Source: Alphaproteobacteria bacterium
GTDB lineage: Bacteria > Pseudomonadota > Alphaproteobacteria > SP197
Direction of reading: 5' to 3'
DNA length: 64,000 nt
Assembly: GCA_964291265.2 (NCBI GenBank)
Contig: OZ219747.1
Coordinates: forward strand, 3,392,001-3,456,000
The notes beneath the pieces are model-generated. The model worked only from the letters and a program-made list of their open reading frames with translations. It did no database searches and was not told the origin of the DNA. The translations under genes were made by a program, and so were the position numbers. Of the stretch, positions 1 through 10,553 are shown piece after piece. The stretch's first letter is position 1. The number at the start of each line of letters is the position of its first letter.

Positions 1-620
1 AGGCGAACGGCTCCATCGGGCGAAGTGGCGAATCCAAAACCTTCCGTGCCTATCCGGGCACCGGATTCAATTGTCACGCGATTGCCGATGACGCAGAACA
101 TGAGAGTGGCACCGGGTCCGATCTGACAGTCATCACCAATTCTGACATGGTTCGCGACGACACACCCGGCGCCAATGCTGCTTCGTGCGCCAATCTCGAC
201 ACCGCTCCCGATCACGGCGAAGGCGTCGATCCTGACGCCCTCGCCGACTTTCGCGCCGCCTTCAATGAAGGCCCGGGAGGAAATGCCCGGCACGACGACC
301 GGGTCCGGGTAGAACATCCGAGCAGCCCTGGCGAAGGCAAGATAGGGGTTGTCGCTGATCAGCGGGATCAGGCCCCGCGGCGCCCGGTCGCCGTATTGCT
401 CCCGGATGAAACACCCTCCGGCACGGCACCCGGCGAAGGCCGCGACGTACTTCACGTTGTCGAGAAAGGCGAGATCGGAGCTGCCGGCGTCCTCCAGTCC
501 GGCGACATCGTGAAACAGCCGCGACGTGTCATGGTGGCCTGCGACACGGGCGCCGGTTGCCTCGAGCACTACGTCCAGAGCAAAGGGTCCCTGACGCCTG
601 AAGAAACGGGAATCCGCCAC
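1..620 (-). CDS. lpxD: UDP-3-O-(3-hydroxyacyl)glucosamine N-acyltransferase, 5' part (runs off window)
   Basis: Manual translation from GTG at 620: MADSRFF...DLAFLDNVKY...DNPYLAFARAARMFYP, hexapeptide repeats, IGTEGFGF; follows skp. Confidence 0.9.
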   Translation of the reverse strand, partial: MADSRFFRRQGPFALDVVLEATGARVAGHHDTSRLFHDVAGLEDAGSSDLAFLDNVKYVAAFAGCRAGGCFIREQYGDRAPRGLIPLISDNPYLAFARAARMFYPDPVVVPGISSRAFIEGGAKVGEGVRIDAFAVIGSGVEIGARSSIGAGCVVANHVRIGDDCQIGPGATLMFCVIGNRVTIESGARIGTEGFGFATSPDGAVR

Positions 621-627
621 GCGAAAC

Positions 628-1182
628 TCAGCCATCCGGCGCCGGAACGACCGGAACTCCTGTCAGGATCGCGTCCAGTTCCCGCAACACATCGTCTGAC
701 ACGTCAAGGTTGCTGTTGGCGACCAGATACTGCCGACGGTCGAGCACCACATCGATGTGGTGCTCGAAAATCAGCTTTCCAAGAACTTCCAGGATGCCTG
801 AGTGCAGCTGTTCCATGGCCTCGAGGTAGGCCGTGTCAAGATTGCGCCGCCGGTCCTGGAACGTGGTCTGGTAGGTGATGGAGTCCTGCTCGATCTCCTG
901 ACGCAGTTTTTCGTAACCCTCCTGAGTCAGCAAGGCTTCCTGTTCCTTCAGTGAACGCAGGCGCTCGCGAATCTCTCCTTCCACCACATTGACCTCTTCG
1001 GCCAGTTCCTGGCGATAGCGAAAGATCTGGCTTTCGATCGACTTGCCGGCACTGGATTCCTGGCGGACCCGCTCAAGATCGATGATGGCAATGCTGGTGC
1101 CTTCGTCCGCGGCGACCGGCGCCGCCAGAGTCATCACGAAGAAGAGGATGCAGGCCTGGCGGAGGATCCCCGACATGGACAT
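628..1182 (-). CDS. skp: OmpH/Skp periplasmic chaperone
   Basis: Signal peptide, IAIIDLERV motif, coiled coil; between bamA and lpxD. Confidence 0.85.
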   Translation of the reverse strand: MSMSGILRQACILFFVMTLAAPVAADEGTSIAIIDLERVRQESSAGKSIESQIFRYRQELAEEVNVVEGEIRERLRSLKEQEALLTQEGYEKLRQEIEQDSITYQTTFQDRRRNLDTAYLEAMEQLHSGILEVLGKLIFEHHIDVVLDRRQYLVANSNLDVSDDVLRELDAILTGVPVVPAPDG

Positions 1183-3449
1183 CAGAATGCTAGCCCGATG
1201 GAAAAGCGGAAAAGCTCCGTCTTGTCGTAGTCTTCCTTGAGAAAGGCCCTGGCCCAGTCGAACTGCATGGGACCCAGGGGGGAATAGTAGGACAGGCCGA
1301 CACCCACGGAGGCGCGCGGCGAGGCATCATCGGCCAGGGAGGGACTGGTCTGGTCGATGTCGAAGAGGCTCCCCCAGTCGGTGAACACGCGCCCCAGGAC
1401 ACCGAGCTCTCGCGGCAGGCCAACGGGGAACTCCATTTCGCCCGTTGCAGTCCAGTAGACGTTGCCGCCCAGGGAGTCCGACGTCATGGTGTCCACCGGA
1501 CCGACGCCCGAAGGTTCAAAACCCCTGAAATTCGACCCGCCGAGGAAGAACCGGTCGGTCAGGCTGATGTCCTTGCCACCGAGGCTCGTGATGACACCAC
1601 CGTCAGCGCGCAGGTTGAGCGTCCACTCGATGTCCATCGGATAGAAGTAGCTGAATCCCGCAGTATTGCGAAGGAAGGCTCTGTCGCCACCCAACCCGGC
1701 CAGGTCGGTGCCCTGGAAGATGAGATAGCCTGATGTCGGGCGCAGCACATCATTGCGCACATCGTAGTCGAGACGCTCGCCGACGAGCGACACCGTCGAC
1801 CTGCCTTCCTCCGCCTTGACGAGGTGCGAGGCGTTCGCTGAAACATTCTCGACCGTTGAGGTTCTGAGTGTGTAGGAGACCGTCTGCGTCAGGTGCTCGG
1901 TCAGGGGATAGCCGGCACGCAGCACTCCACCGATATCCTGCCGGGAAAAGGAAGACCGGGACACCAGGTCCCGCCGTACCCGGAAAATGTCGAATCCCGC
2001 GCTCAGTTCCCGGTCAAGGAAGTAGGGGTCGGTGTAACTGAGGTCGATGGCCTGGCTGTTGCCGGAGGCGGTCAGGTCAAGACGTACATGCTGTGCCGTG
2101 CCGAGCAGGTTGCGCTCACCCAGGGAAACACCGATCAGCGCATTGTCGACCGATGAGAAACCGACTCCGAAAGACAGTTCCCCGGTGGATTTCTCCTCCA
2201 CTGCCACCTCGATGATGGTGGTGTCCGGGCGGCTTCCCGGACGGTTGGCGAGGGCAACGCTGGAAAAGAAGTCAAGCGCCCGGATGTTGCGTTCCGTACG
2301 CTGTACCAGTGCGGTATTGTAGGCGTCGCCTTCGGCGAATTCGAACTCCCGCCGAATCACGTCGTCGGTGGTGCGAAGGTTGCCGACGATGTCGATGCGC
2401 TCGACGTAGATTTCCGGGCCCTGGGCAACGACATACGTGACATCGATGATGGCGCCGTCCACATCCCGTTCGATGCGGGGCCGGACATCGACGAACGGCT
2501 GTCCCATGCGACCCAGTTCAAGTGTCATCTCGACCACGTCGTCATCGATGGCGCCGACGTCGTACCAGTCACCGGGCTCGACATCGACAAGATCCTCGAT
2601 CAGGGCAGGATCGACTGCCGGCATGTCGCTGATGACCGAGATCTCTCCGATCTCGTATCGGGGCCCTTCCTCGAGAGTGAACGTGACGAAGAACTCCTCA
2701 CGATCGGGCGCCAGCTCGGCGGTGGCCGACACGACCCTGAAATCGGCATAGCCTTCCGAGAGGTAGTACCGTCGAAGCAACTCCTGATCCAGTGCCAGAC
2801 GGTCGGGATCATAGGTGTCGTCACTCGTGAGAAAGCGATACCAGGCGCTCTCCACCGTGACAATGACGTCGCGCAGCGTGCCGTCCGAAAAGGCTTCATT
2901 GCCGAGGAAGACGATCTCGCGGACGATCGTCCGCTCACCTTCGGATATCTCGAAGACGAGATCGACCCGGTTCTGATCCTGCTGGATGACCTTGGGCTCG
3001 ACAATGGCATTGAAGCGCCCGACACGGCGATAGATCTCGGTGATCCGGGCCACATCAGCCTGCACCTTGGTCAGGGTGAAGACGGTACGCGGCCGCAACT
3101 GGATCTCCGCTTCGAGGTCCTCCGAGTCAAGCCTGAGATTCCCTTCGAAGGCAATCCTGTTGATGATCGGATTCTCGACAACCTCGACGATCAGCCTGGA
3201 GCCGTCTCGGCGAATGAAAACGTCGGCGAAGAACCCGGTGTCGAAGAGATTCTTGATCGAATCGTCAACTTCGTCGAGGTCATAGGCGTCACCGACGCGG
3301 ATGGTCATGTAGTTGGCGACAGTCGCCGGTTCGATCCGCTGGTGGCCGGAGACGACAATCTCCGTGATCACTTCCTGGGCGTGGAGATCGAGGGCGACAA
3401 TCCCCGGAATCAAGGGGACGGCTGCAATCAAGCGCCTGAGCAATGCCAT
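1182..3449 (-). CDS. bamA: Outer membrane protein assembly factor BamA
   Basis: POTRA-like repeats, FRGF loop motif, C-terminal FRFSIGLAF; start ATG 3449 gives a signal peptide. Confidence 0.97.
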   Translation of the reverse strand: MALLRRLIAAVPLIPGIVALDLHAQEVITEIVVSGHQRIEPATVANYMTIRVGDAYDLDEVDDSIKNLFDTGFFADVFIRRDGSRLIVEVVENPIINRIAFEGNLRLDSEDLEAEIQLRPRTVFTLTKVQADVARITEIYRRVGRFNAIVEPKVIQQDQNRVDLVFEISEGERTIVREIVFLGNEAFSDGTLRDVIVTVESAWYRFLTSDDTYDPDRLALDQELLRRYYLSEGYADFRVVSATAELAPDREEFFVTFTLEEGPRYEIGEISVISDMPAVDPALIEDLVDVEPGDWYDVGAIDDDVVEMTLELGRMGQPFVDVRPRIERDVDGAIIDVTYVVAQGPEIYVERIDIVGNLRTTDDVIRREFEFAEGDAYNTALVQRTERNIRALDFFSSVALANRPGSRPDTTIIEVAVEEKSTGELSFGVGFSSVDNALIGVSLGERNLLGTAQHVRLDLTASGNSQAIDLSYTDPYFLDRELSAGFDIFRVRRDLVSRSSFSRQDIGGVLRAGYPLTEHLTQTVSYTLRTSTVENVSANASHLVKAEEGRSTVSLVGERLDYDVRNDVLRPTSGYLIFQGTDLAGLGGDRAFLRNTAGFSYFYPMDIEWTLNLRADGGVITSLGGKDISLTDRFFLGGSNFRGFEPSGVGPVDTMTSDSLGGNVYWTATGEMEFPVGLPRELGVLGRVFTDWGSLFDIDQTSPSLADDASPRASVGVGLSYYSPLGPMQFDWARAFLKEDYDKTELFRFSIGLAF

Positions 3450-3468
3450 CTGTCCATTCCTCCCCGGC

Positions 3469-4587
3469 TCACGATGCCAGTTCGCGAAACATGTCAAACA
3501 GCCCCAATCTGAGCAGGTCGTTGAATGTCACGAACAGGAACAACGCCCCCACGAGCCCGATACCGACAAGCTGGCACATCTCCTGGGCGCGTGCACCCAA
3601 AGGCCTCCCGAACAGGAATTCGAATGTATAGAACATGAGGTGGCCGCCGTCGAGAAGCGGTACCGGGAAGAGATTGATGAGTCCGAGATTGACCGACAGG
3701 ATAGCCATGAAGAGAACGAGGCTGGCGACTCCCAGCTCCGCGAATCCGGCTGACACATGGGCGATTCCGAGAGGTCCAGCAAGGTCGCGACTGCTCTGGG
3801 AACCTCCAAGGATCTGGCCGAGGAAATCGAAGATCCGAAGACACCAGTTCCATGTCTCACGGGCGCCTTCCCAAAGCGCCTCGACAGGCCCCAGACGTTC
3901 GACAACGATGTTGGCGGCCGTCAGCATGATGCCCAGCCGCCCGGCTTCGCGCTGGTTCCCGAATCCGTCGTCCGCCATGACGATGTCGGGCGCAATGACA
4001 AGGTCGAGGGTCTCACCCTCGCGCAGGACCTTGAACACGAGCGGAACACCGGGGTTCGTCGAGACCATGAACTGGAGGTCCTGGAAGGCCTCGATCGATG
4101 TCCCGTCGATGGCGACAATGAGATCCCCGGCCGCCATGCCGCCTCGATCTGCAGCACTTCCCTCGATGACTTCGCCGGCCCGGGGAAGCGTCTGGTTCTG
4201 TCCCACAAGGCAGAATAATCCGGCAAAGAGAACGATCGACAGGATGAAATTGGCCAGCGGGCCGGCAAGCACGATGGCAAAGCGCTGCCCCACCGACTTC
4301 GTCTGGAACGACATCGCGTGTTCTGCTCGGGAAAGCTGCATGCTTTCGCTCTCGAGCGCACCCTGGCCGAACATCTTGACGTAGCCACCCAGCGGCACCA
4401 GTGAAAGTCTCCAGCGCGTTCCCGCCCGGTCTGTCCAGCCGACAATCTCCGTCCCGAATCCGATGGAGAAGACTTCGACACGGACCCCGTTCCTGCGGGC
4501 CACCCAGTAGTGGCCGAGTTCGTGAAAGAACACGATGACTGTAATCACAACGAGAAAGGGCCAGATGCCATTGACAATGTCGATCAT
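3469..4587 (-). CDS. rseP: RIP metalloprotease RseP
   Basis: HELGH, PDZ region, NLFPVPLLDGG. Confidence 0.96.
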   Translation of the reverse strand: MIDIVNGIWPFLVVITVIVFFHELGHYWVARRNGVRVEVFSIGFGTEIVGWTDRAGTRWRLSLVPLGGYVKMFGQGALESESMQLSRAEHAMSFQTKSVGQRFAIVLAGPLANFILSIVLFAGLFCLVGQNQTLPRAGEVIEGSAADRGGMAAGDLIVAIDGTSIEAFQDLQFMVSTNPGVPLVFKVLREGETLDLVIAPDIVMADDGFGNQREAGRLGIMLTAANIVVERLGPVEALWEGARETWNWCLRIFDFLGQILGGSQSSRDLAGPLGIAHVSAGFAELGVASLVLFMAILSVNLGLINLFPVPLLDGGHLMFYTFEFLFGRPLGARAQEMCQLVGIGLVGALFLFVTFNDLLRLGLFDMFRELAS

Positions 4588-5768
4588 GATGTCCGCTCCG
4601 ATCTGCCCAGGAGCACCTCCTCGGCACGACGCCTTGCCTCGCCGTCAGCCATGATGACGGTCTCGATATCACCTGTCGCGGAGGTCCCGACGCACGTCAG
4701 GGTGCCCTCGACGACCGGAACGATATCGAGAAATCCGATACGCCGGTCAAGAAAGGCGGCCACGGCGACCTCATTGGCGGCATTCAGGGTCACAGGCGCC
4801 GAGCCACCGGTGCGAATGGCCGTCCTGGCCAGAGAGAGTGCCGGAAACCTGTCTTCATCCGACATCTCGAACGTCAGTTGTCCCGTGGCTGCCAGGTCAA
4901 GACGCCTGGACGGTGCCTCGACACGGTCGGGCCAGGCCAGCGTGTGGGCGATCGGCGTGCGCATGTCCGGAGCCGCAAGGCCCGCCAGGACGGACCCGTC
5001 ATGATAGGTGACAAGCCCGTGGACAATGGACTCGGGATGCACGATGACTCCGATCCTCTCCTCGCCGACCGGAAACAGGTGGCTGGCCTCGATGATCTCG
5101 AGGGCCTTGTTCATCATGGTGGCCGAATCGACGGATATCTTGCGCCCCATGCTCCAGTTGGGATGTCGAACGGCCTCCTCCGGAGTGGCGGCTGCCATTC
5201 TGGCGCGGGTGGCGGTGCGGAACGGTCCGCCCGAGGCGGTCAGCCAGATCTTCTCGATGGCATCGATCCTGCCCGGGTCAAACACCTGAAAGATGGCATT
5301 GTGCTCGGAGTCCGCCGGTAGCAGAACACATCCGCTTCGACGTGCCTCTTCGATCATCAGTTCACCGGCGCACACGAGGGCTTCCTTGTTGGCGAGCGCC
5401 ACGATCCCGCCCTGCCGGATGGCCGCAAGGGTGGGCGCCAGACCGGCGGCGCCAACGATGGCCGCCATCACCCAGTCGGCGTCCATGCGGGCCGCTTCCT
5501 CCACGGCTCCCGGCCCCGCGCCGACGCGGGTTGCCGTGTCGGCAAGTTCGTGGCGAAGCACCCCGAGGAGACGCTCATCGGCAATGGCGGCGTAGGCCGC
5601 CCCGGTGGCCCGGGCAATGGCGGCGAGTTCCCTGACACGGGTACCGGCCGTCACCGCCTCCACGCGATAGCGGTCGGGGCCGCCGGCGATGATGTCGAGG
5701 GTCGATGTTCCGATCGAGCCGGTGGCGCCCAGGATCGACACACGGCGCGGCTCAGGACATGACGCCAT
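4584..5768 (-). CDS. dxr: 1-deoxy-D-xylulose 5-phosphate reductoisomerase
   Basis: LGATGSIG, LPADSEHNAI, HPNWSMGRKISVDSATMMNK. Confidence 0.98.
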   Translation of the reverse strand: MASCPEPRRVSILGATGSIGTSTLDIIAGGPDRYRVEAVTAGTRVRELAAIARATGAAYAAIADERLLGVLRHELADTATRVGAGPGAVEEAARMDADWVMAAIVGAAGLAPTLAAIRQGGIVALANKEALVCAGELMIEEARRSGCVLLPADSEHNAIFQVFDPGRIDAIEKIWLTASGGPFRTATRARMAAATPEEAVRHPNWSMGRKISVDSATMMNKALEIIEASHLFPVGEERIGVIVHPESIVHGLVTYHDGSVLAGLAAPDMRTPIAHTLAWPDRVEAPSRRLDLAATGQLTFEMSDEDRFPALSLARTAIRTGGSAPVTLNAANEVAVAAFLDRRIGFLDIVPVVEGTLTCVGTSATGDIETVIMADGEARRRAEEVLLGRSERTS

Positions 5769-6579
5769 GGCCCACCTCCAGGGAACGGGCCGTCCACACC
5801 GTGGCGAAGACAGGCGCAGCGAGGACGAGAGAGTCCAACCGATCCATGAGACCGCCGTGGCCCGGAATGAGCCTGCCCGTGTCCTTGACCTGCCAGAGCC
5901 TCTTGAGCGCCGACTGCAGGAGGTCGCCCGACTGCGCGGCGATGCACACGATGACGCTCAGCACGAGCGTCGTTGTCACTGTCTCCTGGATCATGGCTGC
6001 CGTGCCGACGCCGGTGGCAACGGATGCCAGGAGGCCGCCGATGGCCCCTGCCCAAGTCTTGGCGGGACTGACGGAAGGATACAGCAAGGGTCCGCGAACA
6101 ACGCAGCCGACAACGAAAGCGGCCGAATCCGATGCCCAGATCACAAGGAACATCCACAGAAGGATGAGGCTGCTGCCATCCGCATTGCGCATCCATACGA
6201 GCGCCACCATGGGAATGACCGCATAAGCGATCCCGCAGGTTGCCCATATCACCCGCGTCTCATGCCCCCTTGCCAGGAGATAGAAAGCGCTGCCGATCAT
6301 GCCGACGACGAGTGCATAGAGAGCCATCAGCAGATTCTCCTGCCAGGCGATGGCAATCCAGGCGGCCATGATCGCAGCGGCGGAAAGAAGATATCCCGGG
6401 GTGGCGGAAAGCCGATGCCACTCATGAAGCAGCACGCCGGCAAGGACCAGTGCCGGGAGCGCAAACCACATGCCGCCAAGCTGGGTGATGAGCACCGCGA
6501 CAGCGGCCAGAACGGCGGCCGAGAGCAGCCGGCGGAGCACTTCCGCGGAGCGTTGCTCAGGAGGTTGAGACAGCGCCAT
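5752..6579 (-). CDS. cdsA: Phosphatidate cytidylyltransferase
   Basis: Multiple TM segments, SPAKTWAG, KDTGRLIPGHGGLMDRLDS. Confidence 0.95.
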   Translation of the reverse strand: MALSQPPEQRSAEVLRRLLSAAVLAAVAVLITQLGGMWFALPALVLAGVLLHEWHRLSATPGYLLSAAAIMAAWIAIAWQENLLMALYALVVGMIGSAFYLLARGHETRVIWATCGIAYAVIPMVALVWMRNADGSSLILLWMFLVIWASDSAAFVVGCVVRGPLLYPSVSPAKTWAGAIGGLLASVATGVGTAAMIQETVTTTLVLSVIVCIAAQSGDLLQSALKRLWQVKDTGRLIPGHGGLMDRLDSLVLAAPVFATVWTARSLEVGHGVMS

Positions 6580-7288
6580 AACGCCGGTCGCGGCGGCGAA
6601 ACTCGCCGATGGCCGCCTCGAGATCGTCGCGGCTGAATTCCGGCCATGGCACATCCAGAAACACGAGCTCCGCATAGGCGCCCTGCCAGGCAAGAAAGTT
6701 GCTCAAGCGCTGTTCACCACCGGTTCTGATAATGAGATCCGGATCCGGCAGCGCCGAGGTATCAAGGTGAAGGGCGAAACCTTCCTCGTCGAGCATGCAG
6801 GGTTCGAGGTTTCCCGCTGCACAGTCCGTGGCAAGGGCGCGTGCCGCCCTGACGATCTCGTCGCGAGCCCCGTAGTTGAGAGCGACCGTCACCGTGAGGG
6901 CGGTTCCGTCCGCCGTTGCGCGTTCCATGTCGGCCATGAGGCCGAGAACGTCGCGGTCGAGGCCTGAACGATCACCGATGAAACCGACGCGAATGCCCCT
7001 GCTGGCGAGTTCGTCCTTCTCGTTGCTCAGATGATACCGAACAAGGGCCATGAGATGGCCCACCTCCCGGCCCGGACGACGCCAGTTTTCGGAAGAGAAG
7101 GCAAAAATGGTGAGGTAGGGAATGGAGAGCTCGATGGCTGCCTGAAGAATGTGGCGGACGGACTCGGCACCGGCCCGGTGTCCCTCCTCCCTCGGCAGGC
7201 TTCGCCGGCTGGCCCATCGGCCGTTGCCGTCCATGATGATGGCGACATGCCGCAACTGCCGCCCGTCATGATCACTGAACGTCACCAT
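6557..7288 (-). CDS. uppS: Undecaprenyl diphosphate synthase
   Basis: HVAIIMDGNGRWA, FSSENWRR, IRTGGEQRLSNF. Confidence 0.97.
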   Translation of the reverse strand: MVTFSDHDGRQLRHVAIIMDGNGRWASRRSLPREEGHRAGAESVRHILQAAIELSIPYLTIFAFSSENWRRPGREVGHLMALVRYHLSNEKDELASRGIRVGFIGDRSGLDRDVLGLMADMERATADGTALTVTVALNYGARDEIVRAARALATDCAAGNLEPCMLDEEGFALHLDTSALPDPDLIIRTGGEQRLSNFLAWQGAYAELVFLDVPWPEFSRDDLEAAIGEFRRRDRRYGAVSTS

Positions 7289-7294
7289 CAGGGC

Positions 7295-7852
7295 TCAGAC
7301 TTGCATGATCTCGGCCTGCTTGACGTCAAGCAGTTCGTCGACCCGGACGATCTCGGCATCGGTCAGTTCCTGGATGACGTTGATCCATTGATGCAGTTCG
7401 TCCCGGGAGACTTCGCCGTCGCGCTCCAGACGCTTGAGACGATCGTTTCCGTCTCTCCTGACGTTGCGAATGGCGATCTTGGCCTGTTCGGCGTACTTGC
7501 CGGCAATACGCGTGATCTCGACACGCCGTTCCTCGTCGAGTTGCGGTATCGGCACGCGCACTGTCTGGCCATCGCTCTGCGGATTGAGACCGAGATCGGC
7601 GTTGCGGATCGCCTTTTCCACGGCGTTGACAAGACTCCTGTCCCACACATGCACTGTGAGGAGTCGTGCCTCCGGTGCGCCCACACTGCCGACCTGGTTG
7701 ACCGGCATGCGGCTGCCATAGGCCTCCACCATGACCGGGTCCAGAAGACCGATCGAGGCCCGGCCGGTGCGCAGACCTGCGAATTCCCTGCGCAGCACGT
7801 CCACGGCCCCCTCCATGCGACGCTTGAGATCCTTCACGAGACTGTCAGTCAT
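7295..7852 (-). CDS. frr: Ribosome recycling factor
   Basis: [15 protein letters not shown]; ATG overlaps pyrH stop. Confidence 0.97.
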   Translation of the reverse strand: MTDSLVKDLKRRMEGAVDVLRREFAGLRTGRASIGLLDPVMVEAYGSRMPVNQVGSVGAPEARLLTVHVWDRSLVNAVEKAIRNADLGLNPQSDGQTVRVPIPQLDEERRVEITRIAGKYAEQAKIAIRNVRRDGNDRLKRLERDGEVSRDELHQWINVIQELTDAEIVRVDELLDVKQAEIMQV

Positions 7853-8586
7853 GACCCCTCTCCCTCCTGCGTCGAGATGATCGTACATCGCCCCGTACCC
7901 TTCAGAACCGCCGAGAGGCCTCCCGGTTCGTGAAGCGAAAAGACAAGGCACGGAAGATTGTTGTCCCGGGCCAGGGAGATTGCCGCCGCATCCATGACCC
8001 GGAGGTTCTGCACCAGCACGTCGTGGTAACTCAATCTGTCGTATCGTACCGCATTTCTGTCCGCATTCGGATCGGCAGAATAGACACCGTCAACCTGAGT
8101 AGCCTTGCAGAGGGCGTCGCAACCGGTCTCCACGGCCCTCAGTGCCGCCGCCGTGTCGGTGGTGAAGTAGGGACTTCCCGTGCCCGCGGCAAAGATCACC
8201 ACCCGACCCTTCTCAAGGTGAGCAACGGCGCGGGTCCGCGCATAGGGCTCACAGATGGTGGGCATCGGTATGGCAGAGAGAACTCTGGTTTCAAGGCCCT
8301 TGCCGGCGAGTGCGTGTTCGAGGGCGAGCGCGTTGATGACCGTCGCCAGCATGCCCATATGGTCGGCGGACACCCGTTCCATGCCACGGGCAGCACCAGC
8401 CACGCCCCTGAAGATGTTGCCCCCGCCAATCACGATGGCAATCCGGGTGCCCGTTGCGACTGCCTCGACGACATCGTCAGCGATGCGCCCTGCCTCCCGC
8501 GGATCGACACCGTACTCCCCCTCGCCGGTCAGCGCCTCGCCGGATACCTTCACAAGAACGCGTCTGTAGAGAGGTTCGACTGTCAT
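7849..8586 (-). CDS. pyrH: UMP kinase
   Basis: [28 protein letters not shown]. Confidence 0.97.
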   Translation of the reverse strand: MTVEPLYRRVLVKVSGEALTGEGEYGVDPREAGRIADDVVEAVATGTRIAIVIGGGNIFRGVAGAARGMERVSADHMGMLATVINALALEHALAGKGLETRVLSAIPMPTICEPYARTRAVAHLEKGRVVIFAAGTGSPYFTTDTAAALRAVETGCDALCKATQVDGVYSADPNADRNAVRYDRLSYHDVLVQNLRVMDAAAISLARDNNLPCLVFSLHEPGGLSAVLKGTGRCTIISTQEGEGS

Positions 8587-8619
8587 GCGCTGGTCTGCCG
8601 GCACCGGATAGGGTCCCCC

Positions 8620-9555
8620 TCACCTCCCGCTGGCTGCGGCCGCGACCTCGGCGGCGAAATCGCTTTCAGTCTTCTCGATTCCTTCGCCAAGACCGTAGCG
8701 CACGAAACCTGCCACCTCGACGGACGTGCCCAGTTCACGGGCAAGATCTTCCATGACCCTTGCAACCCGGCTCTCGCCATCGATGACGTAGACCTGTTCC
8801 ATGAGGACGACATCCTGGAAGAACTTGCGCAGCCGGCCTTCCACCATCCGTTCCACGATGGCTTCGGGCTTGCCCGATTCGCGTGCCTGCTCGGTCAACA
8901 CCGCGCGCTCCCGTTCGACCAGCGCCGGGTCCAGGGCTTCCGACGTCACCGCCTCGGGTCGGCTCGCAGCGATATGCATCGCGAGTCTCCTGCCTGCGTC
9001 GCGCAGAACCTCGCGATCACCGGCGGATTCCAGGGCCACGATCACGGCAATTCTGCCCATACCGGGAGCGGCCGCCGTATGGACGTAGTGGGCCACGGCG
9101 CCCTGCGTCACGCCAAGCACGTGGGAGCGTCTGATCTGCAGGTTCTCCCCGATGGTCGCCACGAGGTCGGTGAGACGATCCTGAACTGTTCCGGACGAGC
9201 CGGGCCAAGGCGCCCTGCCCAAGGCATCAACGTCTCCGTGGCCCTCGAGCGCCAGGGTTGCCGTGTGGCGCACGAAATCCTGGAAGGTCGCGTTGCGGGC
9301 CACGAAGTCGGTTTCGGCATTGATCTCGACAACGGCACCACGGCGTCCATCCCCGGAAACGGCCGTCGCCACGAGACCCTCGGCAGCCACACGTCCGGCT
9401 TTCTTGGCCGCCGCTGCCAGACCCCTGGTGCGCAACCAGTCGACGGCAGTCTCCATGTCACCGGCGGTCTCCACCAGTGCCTTCTTGCAATCCATCATGC
9501 CGGCGCCCGACCTGTCCCGCAGTTGCTTGACCAGCGCCGCTGAAATAGCTGTCAT
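8620..9555 (-). CDS. tsf: Elongation factor Ts
   Basis: [26 protein letters not shown]. Confidence 0.98.
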   Translation of the reverse strand: MTAISAALVKQLRDRSGAGMMDCKKALVETAGDMETAVDWLRTRGLAAAAKKAGRVAAEGLVATAVSGDGRRGAVVEINAETDFVARNATFQDFVRHTATLALEGHGDVDALGRAPWPGSSGTVQDRLTDLVATIGENLQIRRSHVLGVTQGAVAHYVHTAAAPGMGRIAVIVALESAGDREVLRDAGRRLAMHIAASRPEAVTSEALDPALVERERAVLTEQARESGKPEAIVERMVEGRLRKFFQDVVLMEQVYVIDGESRVARVMEDLARELGTSVEVAGFVRYGLGEGIEKTESDFAAEVAAAASGR

Positions 9556-9582
9556 TGTTCGATCCCCGCCAGTCCTCTTGTC

Positions 9583-10422
9583 TCAGGCGCTTGCGCCTTG
9601 TGATGATGTATCCGGCGCATCCGGCGCCTGCCCTTCCTCTTCCGTCGACTCCGCGCCTTCTGCGGCTGTTTCCGCATCGATCGCCGGTTCGTTGACCATG
9701 TCACGGGCGCCGAGGTCCTCACCGGATGCCGCCATCTCGGCTTCAATTCCATCGAGAACCGCACGGGCAAAGAGGTCGCAGTAGAGCGTGATCGCGCGTA
9801 TGGCATCGTCGTTGCCGGGGACGGCGACATCGACCACGTCGGGATCGCAGTTGCTGTCGATGACGGCAACGATGGGAATGCTGAGCTTGCGCGCCTCGGA
9901 GATGGCGATGTCCTCCTTGTTGGTGTCGATCACCAGAAGGATGTCGGGCAGTCCAGCCATGTCCTTGATGCCTCCGAGTGCGCGTTCAAGCTTGTCGCGT
10001 TCCCTTGTCATATGCAGGACCTCCTTCTTGGTGAGGCCTGTGACGTCCTCCCCGAGACGCTCGTCAAGCTCGTGCAGCCTCCTGATGGAGTTCGATACGG
10101 TCTTCCAGTTGGTCAGCATTCCGCCCAGCCAGCGGTGGTTGACATGATACTGGCCGCAACGACCGGCGGCTTCGGCGATGGCTTCCTGTGCCTGGCGCTT
10201 GGTGCCGACAAACAGCACCCTGCCGCCTCCGGCGACGACATCGCGAACTCTCTGCAACGCATGCCGCAGCATCGGCACCGTCTGCTGGAGATCAATGATG
10301 TGAACATCGTTGCGCTCACCGAAGATGTAGGGTTTCATCTTCGGGTTCCAGCGCCTTGCCTGATGTCCGAAGTGAACGCCGGCTTCAAGCAGCTGGCGCA
10401 TGGTGAACTGCGGCATTGTCAT
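9583..10422 (-). CDS. rpsB: 30S ribosomal protein S2
   Basis: [29 protein letters not shown]. Confidence 0.99.
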   Translation of the reverse strand: MTMPQFTMRQLLEAGVHFGHQARRWNPKMKPYIFGERNDVHIIDLQQTVPMLRHALQRVRDVVAGGGRVLFVGTKRQAQEAIAEAAGRCGQYHVNHRWLGGMLTNWKTVSNSIRRLHELDERLGEDVTGLTKKEVLHMTRERDKLERALGGIKDMAGLPDILLVIDTNKEDIAISEARKLSIPIVAVIDSNCDPDVVDVAVPGNDDAIRAITLYCDLFARAVLDGIEAEMAASGEDLGARDMVNEPAIDAETAAEGAESTEEEGQAPDAPDTSSQGASA

Positions 10423-10435
10423 GACATCTCGCTCC

Positions 10436-10506
10436 TCTTCCGGTTCTTCCTCCGCGGACCGGGACCGGACATGCCGGCACCGGAAAGATCTGGTCCGCGT
10501 GCGGGT
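10436..10506 (-). promoter_or_regulatory. Probable rpsB (S2) structured 5' leader
   Basis: Minus-strand stem cgcggacc...ggtccgcg followed by ggaggaagaaccgg directly upstream of rpsB. Confidence 0.45.
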
Positions 10507-10553
10507 TGGGTCAATGGGCGGTATTTAGACGGTCACCACCCCGACATCAAGTT